A stretch of 64,000 nucleotides of DNA, from contig CBDBOV010000006.1 in NCBI GenBank assembly GCA_965208575.1, forward strand, positions 1,504,001 to 1,568,000. The letters are read 5' to 3'. A program made the translations under genes and the position numbers. This DNA comes from Spirochaetia bacterium (GTDB lineage: Bacteria; Spirochaetota; Spirochaetia; SZUA-6; Bin103). Of the stretch, positions 9,531 through 18,843 are shown one piece after another. How positions within the stretch are numbered: the first letter of the stretch is position 1; each line of letters begins with the position of its first letter. Below the pieces are notes generated by a model. It worked only from the letters and a program-made list of their open reading frames with translations. It did not search any database and had not been told where the DNA came from.

Positions 9531-12500
9531 CTACGCAAGTCGGGCGACACCATTGTAATGGCTAACCTTCTCTTCTGTAGCCTGTTCGCCTGACGTTTGG
9601 TGAGCATAAATAGCCTTCTTGAGTTCCTCAAGAACCCTGTCGCAAAACGCCTGCCGACCGTCCGGCGGAAGTTGCAGCGCTACCTGTCTGATACTCCCGT
9701 GCACCCATTCACGGAAAGCAGAACCGGCGTCCTCCGACAGAGACCATGCATCGGTTAGTCCCGCTACTACATGGGGCGGTATCGGTTCTTCAATGTCGTG
9801 TGACTCTGCCTCGTGGCGCACACTCTGCAGGGCGGCGAGTGCAACCACCAGGGAGTCGCCAGGTAACACCTCCGGATCTTCGGTCCGCCACCTATTGCGA
9901 GACAAGGCAGCCAGAAAGCGAACCCTGTTGACAAACCGCTTGAATTGGCGCGGCGAATCTGTCCTAGCCCGCACAACCGGATGCCATATTTCCAATGCCC
10001 GCTTGAACTCGGGTGAGTCTTGTGAGTGGTCTTCTTCACGTCGCGAAAGGTACTCTCGAGTGACGAACAAATGAACAGTGATAGCGATTAGCGTTATCAG
10101 CCATGTCGCAAGTGGTACCCTCGTTGAGCGAGGGTGCTGGAATGCCGTAGGACCAGGAAAGTCATTGTCTCTCTCAGTGACTCGGACACTAGGAGCTCTA
10201 CTATCGTGGAAACGCGATTCCCCGCTCTCCACTAAGTGCTCGATAATCGCAGCGCCGTCACCGGCATCCACGTCGTTGGTCGCAGAAACGGTTACCGATT
10301 GTGCAACACTCCAGGTCTCGGGTGTGAACGTGAGCGCCGTGCCGGCCGCTACCGTGAGATCCAGATCTCCTTCGCGTCGCGCCGCCTTGATCACGACGGA
10401 AAGCGACGGTTGCTCCGTCAGAACCACGGTGTATTCTTCTGATGAGCCCTCACGAACTTCCAACTCTGTTGGAGAAATCTCGACCAAGGGACTCTGGGGA
10501 GGCGGCGAAGGAACCGTCGTTACCGACTCGGACGCAGTCTCGTCGATGGGTGCGGGTGACGGCAAGATCCGTCCAAAGACGAACAACAACGCTGCCGGCA
10601 ATCCAACGATAACTATGACAAACGTGATGAACTGCGTGATCTTATTAAGTCGTCCGGGCTCCCTTCCAGTCTTCGCCGGACCTGAAGCTCTAGGGCGCAA
10701 TCTCCGTATGAACGTCGCCATGTCGCGTTCGGATACCCTTGGGATCTTTACTTCAAGGTTGATGATCTTTTCGAGATACTGTCGAGCGTAATCGGCCCGT
10801 TTCAGACGCTCGGTGTCGTCGTTGCTACTGGACTTGCTTTCCTCATCAGAGTATACGACAGACACCTCCTGGGCGATGTCCTTGAATCGTAGACCCACAC
10901 ACCGTGTGACGTGTTCGCGTGCGATCCCGAAGACTACGTAACACTGTGCCGCGTCAGCAAGGAAGTTGATTGCTTCAAGTGTGTCTACGACTTGCTCCGG
11001 ACGGCAGCGATCCAAATCGTCGATAGTAATTACCAAGTGTTGCGGATTCATAGCTTCAACTACTTCCTGCAGTGCTTCCCGAAACTTGTGACGGAATCCG
11101 AGCTGGTTGCCGAATCTCTTTGGGCGCACAATTCTCGCCGTAGCTGCCAGCAGGTCGCCGGGATTTACTCGTTTTAGATCCGGCACAAGCACCTTCCATG
11201 CGGTGTAAGGAAGTGGTATTAGAGACAAAAAGACGGTCACGATGACGCCAGTATTGCCATCGCTAGAGTTCATACCTTCCAATGTTGGCAGTAACTCGAT
11301 TGTCGTGATCAACCAATCGGGAAAGACCAATGTGCCAACACAGATTACAAGCAGAATGAGGAGGAGTGTCGTCCAAAACAGGTGACGAGACAGCCTTTGG
11401 CCGGCTAGTCTCGCATAGAATCGAAAGCCGGAACGAGTGAACAGGGGGGGGAGCGCTTGCTCGCAGATGGACTGCATCAGGGACGCGAACATGTGACGTT
11501 CTTTTTGGTGATGCCACGCATTGAACCACACAGCGTTGTGGTTCCGCGATTTTAGATTCTCATGAACGAGATTCATGAGGGAACTCTTGCCTTGACCCCA
11601 ATCGCCCGTGATGGCTACGGTCAGGGGTGGTTCGGAAGCCGGGTTGTGCAGGACGTCAGCTAGTGCCTTGGCGATGGGCTCCCGTTGGAGCGTATCTTCT
11701 CCTGTTCTGATCGGGCGGTCGGATACGAATTGATCTGCGACGTTCGACGCTGGCGGCGGGTCGGGCAACCGTCGACGAGCGGGCAGAGCCGCAAGGATGC
11801 CTACGGTGAACATGATCCAGGTCCATGGCGCCGGGAGCTTGCGGTAGTCTGTCAGAGTCGAAGACCATGTCGCACCACCGTCGCCCGTATTGAGGATTGC
11901 ACCGTCATGACCCACAGTCCAACCCAAGACAGAGTCGCCCGCGACCGCGACCGCGACAGAGGTGAATGACGCCGACTCCAGCTCGCTCGGAAGACCGGCA
12001 TTACTCGGAGTCCAGGTGTCGCCGTCGGTTGTCCTGAGGATGGTGCCATTACTGCCGACGGCCAATCCTGTGGTACCGTTTCTCGTAAACGCGACAGATC
12101 TGAGGTCCGCGGCGGTGTCGGTCGAGCGGCGCTCCCACGTCTGACCACCGTCGGCCGTCTTGAGGATCGTGCCGCGGCGCCCGACAACCCAGCCAGTGGC
12201 GCCATCCGCACTGAATGTCACCCACTCAAGCCACGCGGTCGTACCGCTGTCGAGCCGCTCCCATGTCTGTCCTCCGTCCGTGATCTTGACTATCCCCGCG
12301 GACGGCCCAACGGCCCAAGCCGTTGCGCCGTCGACGCTGGACGTAACCGATTCGGTATTTGGGGAACGTCTGGGAAACTGGGTCCAGGTGTCGCCGCCGT
12401 CGGTGCTCCTGACCACAGTGTTGTTCCACCCCACCGCCCAACCGGTGGTGTCGTCAGCGGCGAACGTCACGGAGGTTAAGAATCCAATGTCGATGTCGAA

Positions 12501-13916
12501 TCCGGCGTCGCGGGGCATCCATGAAGCACCGCCGTTGTCCGTCTTGAGAATGGTCCCATTCTCTCCCACCGCCCAACCGGTTTCACCATCGTTTGAGGAT
12601 GTCACCGATAGAAGGTCATTCGAGGTGATGTCGCCTCTCCAACTGTCTTCCGAAGTGATGTCCTCCGAAGTGCTGATGTGGCGTGGCTTCCAGGTTGCAC
12701 CACCGTTGCTCGTCCCAAGAATCGTGCCGTTCCGGCCTACGATCCACCCTGTTGTGCCGCCGTCGGTGAATGTTACCGACTCGAAGTCATCGGAGGCTCC
12801 GCGGGCGCGGGGGAACCAGGTTTCGCCGCCATCCTTGGTCTTGAGAATCGTGCCGTTCCGGCCCACGATCCACCCAGTCCTGCCATCGCGCCTGAACGTC
12901 ACTGATTCCAAATCCACCGACGTACCGCTGCGCTTCCTCTCCCAACTCTCGCCAGCGTCGACCGTCTTGAGGATATCACCGTCGATCCCCACGGCCCACC
13001 CCGTGAGGCCGTCGCCTGCGAAGGTGACTGAGTTGAGAATCAAAGGCTCGGGGAAAATACGTCGCTCCCACGTATCGCCGCCGTCAACCGTCTTGAGAAT
13101 GGTCACGGGCTGGGCGCCGTCGATCGGAATGTTCGGGAACGGACCGACCGCCCAGCCGGTCCGACCGTCGGCAGAGAACGTCACCGATTCAAGGCGTTCG
13201 GATGTTGGGCTAGCGCGCGGCGCCCAGCTCTCGCCACGATCTACCGACTTGAGGATGGTGCCGTTCTGTCCCACCGCCCAGCCCGTTTTGCCATCTCCAG
13301 CGAAGGTCACCGAAGAGAGATCCTGCGACGTGGTGCTGTTCACTCGGCGCCAGTTGTCGCCAGCGTCGGTCGTCTTGAGGATGGTGCCATTCCAGCCCAC
13401 CGCCCAGCCCGTCTCGCCATCTCCAGCGAAGGTCACCGAAGAGAGATCCTGCGACGTGGTGCTGTTCACTCGGCGCCAGTTGTCGCCAGCATCGGTCGTC
13501 TTGAGGATGGTGCCGGACCATCCCACCGCCCAACCGCGCAGAGCGTCATCCGCGAAGGTGACCGATTCGAGCGGAAAATTACCCAAACTAGCGCGTTGCT
13601 CCCACGTGTCGCCACCATCAGTTGTCTTGAAAATCCGGACAAACTGGCCGACGGCCCACCCCGTTCGTCCATCGGCGGCGAAGGTGACCGAATAGAGGTC
13701 GCTGGAAATGGAAAGCAGCCGGAGATGCGGATTGCGCTCGATTGGGTACCAAAGCTGCGAATTGCCTATGGGCTCAAAGGGATCGGGATGCGGCGGCTGC
13801 AAATAGGCTCCCAAGCACGCACCGATGACCAGCGCGATCGATAGCCCCAACCACAGTAATCTCCGGCGCAAGAACCGACGATCTTGCAGCTTGGTCAACA
13901 CCTCCTGCCACGTCAT
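9531..13916 (-). CDS. Membrane KAP-family P-loop NTPase with N-terminal YCF48/BNR beta-propeller repeats and an internal Calx-beta/Ig-like domain
   Basis: N-terminal TM helix; 14 repeats of SVTFxxDGxTGWxVGxxGTILKTxDGGxTW; TM; Walker A GDWGQGKS; FNAW; Walker B ITIDDLDRC; YLEKII; SPRQFKRFVN. Extra TM segments flank a VxEG...YTVVL...LTFTPETWSVAQSVTVSA domain. Confidence 0.85.
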   Translation of the reverse strand: MTWQEVLTKLQDRRFLRRRLLWLGLSIALVIGACLGAYLQPPHPDPFEPIGNSQLWYPIERNPHLRLLSISSDLYSVTFAADGRTGWAVGQFVRIFKTTDGGDTWEQRASLGNFPLESVTFADDALRGWAVGWSGTILKTTDAGDNWRRVNSTTSQDLSSVTFAGDGETGWAVGWNGTILKTTDAGDNWRRVNSTTSQDLSSVTFAGDGKTGWAVGQNGTILKSVDRGESWAPRASPTSERLESVTFSADGRTGWAVGPFPNIPIDGAQPVTILKTVDGGDTWERRIFPEPLILNSVTFAGDGLTGWAVGIDGDILKTVDAGESWERKRSGTSVDLESVTFRRDGRTGWIVGRNGTILKTKDGGETWFPRARGASDDFESVTFTDGGTTGWIVGRNGTILGTSNGGATWKPRHISTSEDITSEDSWRGDITSNDLLSVTSSNDGETGWAVGENGTILKTDNGGASWMPRDAGFDIDIGFLTSVTFAADDTTGWAVGWNNTVVRSTDGGDTWTQFPRRSPNTESVTSSVDGATAWAVGPSAGIVKITDGGQTWERLDSGTTAWLEWVTFSADGATGWVVGRRGTILKTADGGQTWERRSTDTAADLRSVAFTRNGTTGLAVGSNGTILRTTDGDTWTPSNAGLPSELESASFTSVAVAVAGDSVLGWTVGHDGAILNTGDGGATWSSTLTDYRKLPAPWTWIMFTVGILAALPARRRLPDPPPASNVADQFVSDRPIRTGEDTLQREPIAKALADVLHNPASEPPLTVAITGDWGQGKSSLMNLVHENLKSRNHNAVWFNAWHHQKERHMFASLMQSICEQALPPLFTRSGFRFYARLAGQRLSRHLFWTTLLLILLVICVGTLVFPDWLITTIELLPTLEGMNSSDGNTGVIVTVFLSLIPLPYTAWKVLVPDLKRVNPGDLLAATARIVRPKRFGNQLGFRHKFREALQEVVEAMNPQHLVITIDDLDRCRPEQVVDTLEAINFLADAAQCYVVFGIAREHVTRCVGLRFKDIAQEVSVVYSDEESKSSSNDDTERLKRADYARQYLEKIINLEVKIPRVSERDMATFIRRLRPRASGPAKTGREPGRLNKITQFITFVIVIVGLPAALLFVFGRILPSPAPIDETASESVTTVPSPPPQSPLVEISPTELEVREGSSEEYTVVLTEQPSLSVVIKAARREGDLDLTVAAGTALTFTPETWSVAQSVTVSATNDVDAGDGAAIIEHLVESGESRFHDSRAPSVRVTERDNDFPGPTAFQHPRSTRVPLATWLITLIAITVHLFVTREYLSRREEDHSQDSPEFKRALEIWHPVVRARTDSPRQFKRFVNRVRFLAALSRNRWRTEDPEVLPGDSLVVALAALQSVRHEAESHDIEEPIPPHVVAGLTDAWSLSEDAGSAFREWVHGSIRQVALQLPPDGRQAFCDRVLEELKKAIYAHQTSGEQATEEKVSHYNGVARLA
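13248..13514. repeat. Near-identical 126-bp tandem duplication (one 42-aa propeller blade)
   Basis: ccatctccagcgaaggtcaccgaagagagatcctgcgacgtggtgctgttcactcggcgccagttgtcgccagc occurs at 13291 and again at 13417. Confidence 0.9.
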
Positions 13917-14264
13917 GACAAAGCCAACAAGCCTCTGGAATGTGCGAAGCTCTCGTTACCGTTCACGAACATACGCGCTCCATACGCACGCATCGCCGTG
14001 CTACGAGGTCCTGTCGAAGGCATGTAAACGATTGGACCCAAGGCAGTTGACAGTCCTCCATTCGGCCCTCCAGCTCGGGAAGCTCGTGCACTAACTGATC
14101 ACACTGCGGTGCCGGCAACCAGTCGGCACCACTGAAGAGCTGCGGCATCCGTGCCAGCCACCTGTGTGGGTATCTCAATTCTGTCGGGTGGATTCCCAAC
14201 AATCTGGCCAGTTGGCGGAAGCTATACTGAGTGTTTCCGGCGGCAGGGTCAAGATGCTGAGTGG

Positions 14265-14640
14265 ATGAAGGGCCGTTGCGCACACCCCAAGGACTGGAGC
14301 CAGGATCCAACCGACTTGCGCGCCGTCGACACCCCGCCTGGGTGTCGGACCGAGTCGCCGGCTTCAACCAATCCACGTACCACCTCGCCGCGCGGCTGTT
14401 GTGTTTCGGCGTGGAGCACCCCTTGGTCGAGCTGGACCGTTCCGCTTCACCCCCGGCCTCGGCCCTTCGTCGAGCGACGCAGACACTCTCATCGTGGTGC
14501 GAGCCCCTGTACCGTAGAGCGACCGCACAATCCCAATTCGTGATTGGCTTCGCCGATATCGGTGTAGGAGTCGACCTGTTTGTATACACCGAGCAAGAGG
14601 TGGCCGCCGGGACCTTCCCGCGGCCGCCACCGCGCTCCGA
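14265..14640 (+). pseudogene. Decayed HEPN-MNT (nucleotidyltransferase) toxin-antitoxin relic
   Basis: Fragments in different frames: PSSSDADTLIVVR (near 14464, MNT DxD motif) and FADIGVGVDLFVYTEQEV (near 14549, MNT C-terminus). Upstream HPKDWSQDPTDLRA weakly resembles a HEPN N-terminus. Confidence 0.45.
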
Positions 14641-15005
14641 GCCGGAATCGAATTCTATCTGGCAGTCGATACCAGTGGAGCTGCTGACGCGGCGTACTGG
14701 AACGGATGAAGCGACCCTGAGTCTGAGGTGTTCTCCGCGTACATCGGTAACTTGCACTCCTTCGAGTCCACCTTGTTTGGCCGTTGGGCCGGCGTCTGGT
14801 TCGGTGCCGAAGCGATGACGAAGTGATCCGAATCGTGCTGAGAACCGGACCAACGGGTCGTAGCTGCTGTCTCTCGTACCGAGATCGGCGGAGCTGACCT
14901 TGTCGCGTTGCAACTGGGACATCTTATAGCCGGAGAAGGCGAAGACCATACCCGCCTGACGGCGCAGCCTGTGCTTGCCACGGTGCTTGGAGTTCGGGAG
15001 ATTGC

Positions 15006-16418
15006 TCAGTGGGTGGCGAGGTAGGCGGCGCCGTTTGGGTCGTGGTGGTGGCGGGTCCAGTCGGCGAGCAGGGTGCGGTGCTCTTGGAGCGTGGCCTGAT
15101 GCGGCGGCGATGCAGCCAGGTTCATGGTCTCCAGGGGGTCGTCGTGCAGGTCGCACAGCAGCTCCTCCGAGACGCCGGCGTGGTGGTAGACGCAGTACTT
15201 GTAGCGGGCGCTGCGCAGCATCCGGCCGGACACCGTTTCGCTGACGATGAACTCCGGCCATGCCGGCGCCGGGTCGGCGTGCGCGAGAGGCAGGAAGCTG
15301 TGGCCGGGCAGGCCGGCGGGGGGAGCGGCGCCGGCCAGGTCGCACAGGGTGGGCAGCAGGTCGATGCCGTTGTTGACCAGGTGGCTGTCGTCGACGCGGC
15401 CGGCCGGCACGCGGTCCGGCCAGCGCACCAGCAGCGGCACGTGCGCGGCCGCCTCGTAGAAGGAGCGCTTCATGGTGAGGCGGTGCTCGCCGTCGTGGTC
15501 GCCGTGGTCGCTGGTGAAGATCACCGCCGTGTCGCGCTCCAGGCCGGACTCGCGCAGCGCGTCGAGCACGATGCCGATCTGGCGGTCCACGTCGGCCATG
15601 CAGTGGCGGTAGAAACCGCGGTACAGGCGCCACTGCCGCTCGCTCCAGGAGCGCGCGCTGCGCCCGAAGCGGCGGTTCAGGCCCAGCTCCAGGGTCGACT
15701 CGTCGGCGAGGGTGCCGTCGCGGAAGCCGCCGGTCCAGCGCGGCTCGGCGCGGGTGGGGGCGAAGTTGTCGGGCGGCGGCGGGCAATCGTCCAGCGCCAC
15801 CGGCGCGAAGGCGGGGCGGTCGGCGCCGCGCGGCAGCACGTGGCAGATGTCGTGCGGATTGATGAACGACGCCCACAGGAAGAACGGCTGCGATGGGCGC
15901 GCCGGGTCGCTGCCGCGTTGCAGGAGAAAGTCGCGGCTGCGCAGCGCCAGCTCCTCGCGCGAGTCGCCGGTCAGGCTGCGGAAGCCGAACCGTCCCTCCA
16001 CCTCGGACGTGAACGCCGGGACGCCCTCGACGTGCAGCTTGCCGCCGTAGACGGTGTCGTAACCGGCAGTGCGCAGACACTGGCCCAACTGCGGCGTCGA
16101 CACCCAGTCGGCGATGGCGGGAAGCGGCGTGCCGTTGCTCTGCCGGTTGGTCTCCAGGCCGCCGAAGCGGTGCGGGAAGTGCCCGGTGAGCAGGCTGTAG
16201 CGCGACGGCACGCACACCGGGTTGGCGGCGTAGGTCAGCTCGAAGCGGGTGCCCTCGCGCGCCAGGCGGTCGAGGGCCGGGGTGCGGACGTAGCGGTCGC
16301 CGGCGTATCCGGCCAGCCGGTGGTGCTGCTGATCGGTGGTGATCAGCAGGATGTTGGGCCGCGCGGACGGCGCTGCGCCGCCGGAGGAACCGGATGCAGC
16401 GGTACGCGGGCGCGGCAT
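15006..16418 (-). CDS. Sulfatase (choline-sulfatase-like)
   Basis: PNILLITTDQ, formylglycine motif CVPSR, GKLH, FTSDHGD. ATG overlaps the upstream stop. Confidence 0.92.
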   Translation of the reverse strand: MPRPRTAASGSSGGAAPSARPNILLITTDQQHHRLAGYAGDRYVRTPALDRLAREGTRFELTYAANPVCVPSRYSLLTGHFPHRFGGLETNRQSNGTPLPAIADWVSTPQLGQCLRTAGYDTVYGGKLHVEGVPAFTSEVEGRFGFRSLTGDSREELALRSRDFLLQRGSDPARPSQPFFLWASFINPHDICHVLPRGADRPAFAPVALDDCPPPPDNFAPTRAEPRWTGGFRDGTLADESTLELGLNRRFGRSARSWSERQWRLYRGFYRHCMADVDRQIGIVLDALRESGLERDTAVIFTSDHGDHDGEHRLTMKRSFYEAAAHVPLLVRWPDRVPAGRVDDSHLVNNGIDLLPTLCDLAGAAPPAGLPGHSFLPLAHADPAPAWPEFIVSETVSGRMLRSARYKYCVYHHAGVSEELLCDLHDDPLETMNLAASPPHQATLQEHRTLLADWTRHHHDPNGAAYLATH

Positions 16419-17101
16419 CACTCGATGCGTTCCCAGGCCACGCGGCTGCCGGTGCCGGGTTCGGTCGCCGCGGGCGGGGTCAGGTGCAGGGTGAGCCGGG
16501 AGCCGTCGAGTTCGATCCAGCGGGTCAGTTCGGTGCCCACTTGGGCGGGCAGGAGGCCGCATTCGATGCGATGCGTTACCGTGCCGGCGGCGGAGTCCAC
16601 CCGGTAGCTGCCGGCGTAGGCGAGGTAGCCGCCGAGCACGTCCCGCAACTGGTCTGCGGAAGCCGCCACGACACCGTCATCGGTCAGATCGCCGCGCCGG
16701 CGGCGCATCACCTGCACGAACACCCGCCCACCGCGGTGGTACGACAGATAGCCGAGGGCGTCGGGGCCCATGGGATGGCTGACGCCGTCAGCGGAGACAT
16801 TCTCCCAGGACACCAGGCGCCAGGTTCCCACGAGGTCAGCGGCAACGACGGTATCGAAGTGACTGCGCAGGGATTGCACCGAGTCGAACGCCCGAAAGTT
16901 CCCTGCGTCAATGTCTGCGATTCCGGCGCTGGCGGCGTATCGTAGGGCCTCGAGACGCGCCGCGGCTTCTGCCTCCCGGTGCTCCATCAGGCGGAGGCCC
17001 TCTCGCAGCACTTCACTCGCGTTCTGGTAACTGCCGGACCCGACCATGCGGTTGACGAACCGGGTCTGATGATCGGTAAGGACGACGTTGCGCGTAGGCA
17101 C
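16418..17101 (-). CDS. Fusion of a ParD-family RHH antitoxin (about aa 1-85) and a lipocalin-like domain (about aa 86-227)
   Basis: MPTRNVVLTDHQ...GSYQNASEVLREGLRL (ParD-like) runs in frame into LVGTWRLVSWE...YLAYAGSY...VAWERI (Lipocalin_5-like). Confidence 0.8.
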   Translation of the reverse strand: MPTRNVVLTDHQTRFVNRMVGSGSYQNASEVLREGLRLMEHREAEAAARLEALRYAASAGIADIDAGNFRAFDSVQSLRSHFDTVVAADLVGTWRLVSWENVSADGVSHPMGPDALGYLSYHRGGRVFVQVMRRRRGDLTDDGVVAASADQLRDVLGGYLAYAGSYRVDSAAGTVTHRIECGLLPAQVGTELTRWIELDGSRLTLHLTPPAATEPGTGSRVAWERIE

Positions 17102-17117
17102 TTTCCGTATCGCTCTA

Positions 17118-17153
17118 TGGCGTATTATGCCAATGGAGCACTACCGGTGGCAA
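17118..17153 (-). promoter_or_regulatory. Putative sigma70 promoter with overlapping palindromic operator for the parD-like gene
   Basis: On the minus strand TTGCCA-N18-CATAAT. Imperfect palindrome TGGCGTATTATGCCA (17118-17132) overlaps the -10 box. Confidence 0.55.
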
Positions 17154-17191
17154 GGGCGCGGCGGCGAACGAGGGCGAATGAGATCAAGGGC

Positions 17192-17905
17192 TCAGGTGCG
17201 GGCGAACAGGTAGGCGCGGTTGCGGCGGCCGACCAGCTCGATGGCGCCGATGCGGCGCAGGGTGTAGGTCGTCATGCCGGCCAGCGACGCGGGCATGGCG
17301 CCGGTCGCGGCCAGGGTGCGGTTGGTGAACGGCTCCTCCAGGCGCGGCGGCAGCAGGCGGGCGAAGTCGGCGGGGGTGCGGAAGCGGCGCCGATCGCACA
17401 CCTCCAGCAGCCGGGTGTCGAGGATGCTGACGCCGCGGCGCCGCCAACTGCCGCGGCCGTCGGCGCAGCGCAGTTCCTCCACCTCGACGATCAGCACTTC
17501 GAGGGTGAAGTTGGGATGTCCGACCAGGTGCGGGATGCGCACCAGCTCCGCAAACAGGTCGCGGTAGGCGCCCCGCTTCGGCGACGCGCGCCGGCGCAGC
17601 ACGCTGCCGTCCGGCGCGGTGGTGACAATCCACTTGCGCCGCGCGATGGGATGCACCAGCCGCACGCGGTGGCCGCGCACCAGCCGGGTCAGCTTGCGTG
17701 CCAGCTTGGCGAAGCCACCGGTCTGGATCTCGATAAGCGTGCCGCGCCGCACCAAATCGATGACGCAGCCCTCCAGCGGCACCTCGGCGCGGTCGCCGGG
17801 CAGCGCGTACCAGCGCTTCAGCGCCGCGTGCAGCGACCGCTCGCGCAACTCGCCGATGGAGTGCGTGGCAGGGGCGCGTGCAACTGCGGCAACCTGATCA
17901 GCCAT
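17192..17905 (-). CDS. Conserved hypothetical protein with PD-(D/E)xK-like nuclease fold
   Basis: IGELRERSLHAALKRWY, VIDLV...LIEIQTG. RBS GAGGAG upstream. Confidence 0.65.
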   Translation of the reverse strand: MADQVAAVARAPATHSIGELRERSLHAALKRWYALPGDRAEVPLEGCVIDLVRRGTLIEIQTGGFAKLARKLTRLVRGHRVRLVHPIARRKWIVTTAPDGSVLRRRASPKRGAYRDLFAELVRIPHLVGHPNFTLEVLIVEVEELRCADGRGSWRRRGVSILDTRLLEVCDRRRFRTPADFARLLPPRLEEPFTNRTLAATGAMPASLAGMTTYTLRRIGAIELVGRRNRAYLFART

Positions 17906-18204
17906 CGCTCCTCATACCCTATATTGTCGGATGCGACAGTCAGATAAGCCAAACAACCCACGGGCGGGCTGAACCGCCGTGTCGTAGACGCAGTCGTGCG
18001 GTCGACGGTGAGTTGCCGAGCGTGACCGAAACGTTTAGCATGGAGAGCGACGTTCAGGAGCGTCGCGATGCCCGACGACACGGACCAGAGAACACGCGGG
18101 GCGAACGAATACGACAAGATGAGTTCGGATGGGTGCAGCGCACCGGTCATTGCCGACCGACTGGTCGGGGTGCGGCGCCATGACATAGACTTGGCGGGAC
18201 GGCT

Positions 18205-18843
18205 ATGAGCGATCCTGGCCGCGACCTGTCGTCTTGCCTTGGCGCTCAAACATTCAGCACCGTCATGGCCGATCCGCCGTGGCGGTTCTTGAACCGGACG
18301 GGAAAGGTCGCTCCAGAGCATCGGCGGCTCTCACGCTACACGACGCTGACGGTCGAGGAGATATGCTCGCTGCCCGTGGCCCAACACCTCCGCGATACAG
18401 CTCATTGCTACTTGTGGGTGCCGAATGCGTTACTGCCGCACGGTTTGCAGGTGCTTGAGGCTTGGGGGTTTCAATACAAGACCAACTTGATCTGGCACAA
18501 GGTGAGAAAGGATGGCGGGTCGGATGGACGAGGAGTCGGCTTCTATTTCCGCAACGTGACCGAGATGATCCTGTTTGGAATACGGGGAAAGGGTGCCCGT
18601 ACGCTGGCGCCAGGACGCAGCCAAGTCAATCTGTTTGCTTCGCGCAAGCGGGAGCACTCCCGCAAACCGGACGAACAGTACGCGATTATCGAGAGCTGTA
18701 GTCCCGGGCCATACTTGGAACTGTTTGGACGGGGCTGTCGACCTGATTGGACCGTCTGGGGGGATGAAGCGGTGGCCGGCTATTCACCAAGCTGGCCGAC
18801 GTACAGTTACAACTCGTCGTCTACCCGGCCCGTAACGGCGTGA
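18205..18843 (+). CDS. MT-A70 family DNA methyltransferase (type II RM)
   Basis: ADPPW, YLWVPN, GFYFRNVTE, EHSRKPDE, YLELFGR. Confidence 0.92.
   Translation: MSDPGRDLSSCLGAQTFSTVMADPPWRFLNRTGKVAPEHRRLSRYTTLTVEEICSLPVAQHLRDTAHCYLWVPNALLPHGLQVLEAWGFQYKTNLIWHKVRKDGGSDGRGVGFYFRNVTEMILFGIRGKGARTLAPGRSQVNLFASRKREHSRKPDEQYAIIESCSPGPYLELFGRGCRPDWTVWGDEAVAGYSPSWPTYSYNSSSTRPVTA

Noticed and set aside
12160-13695. 511-aa repetitive plus-strand ORF
   Set aside because: Antisense shadow of the YCF48 repeats, with no independent motifs.
13963-16215. 750-aa minus-strand ORF
   Set aside because: Alternative frame over the sulfatase running into non-coding DNA. Arg/Pro-rich with no motifs.
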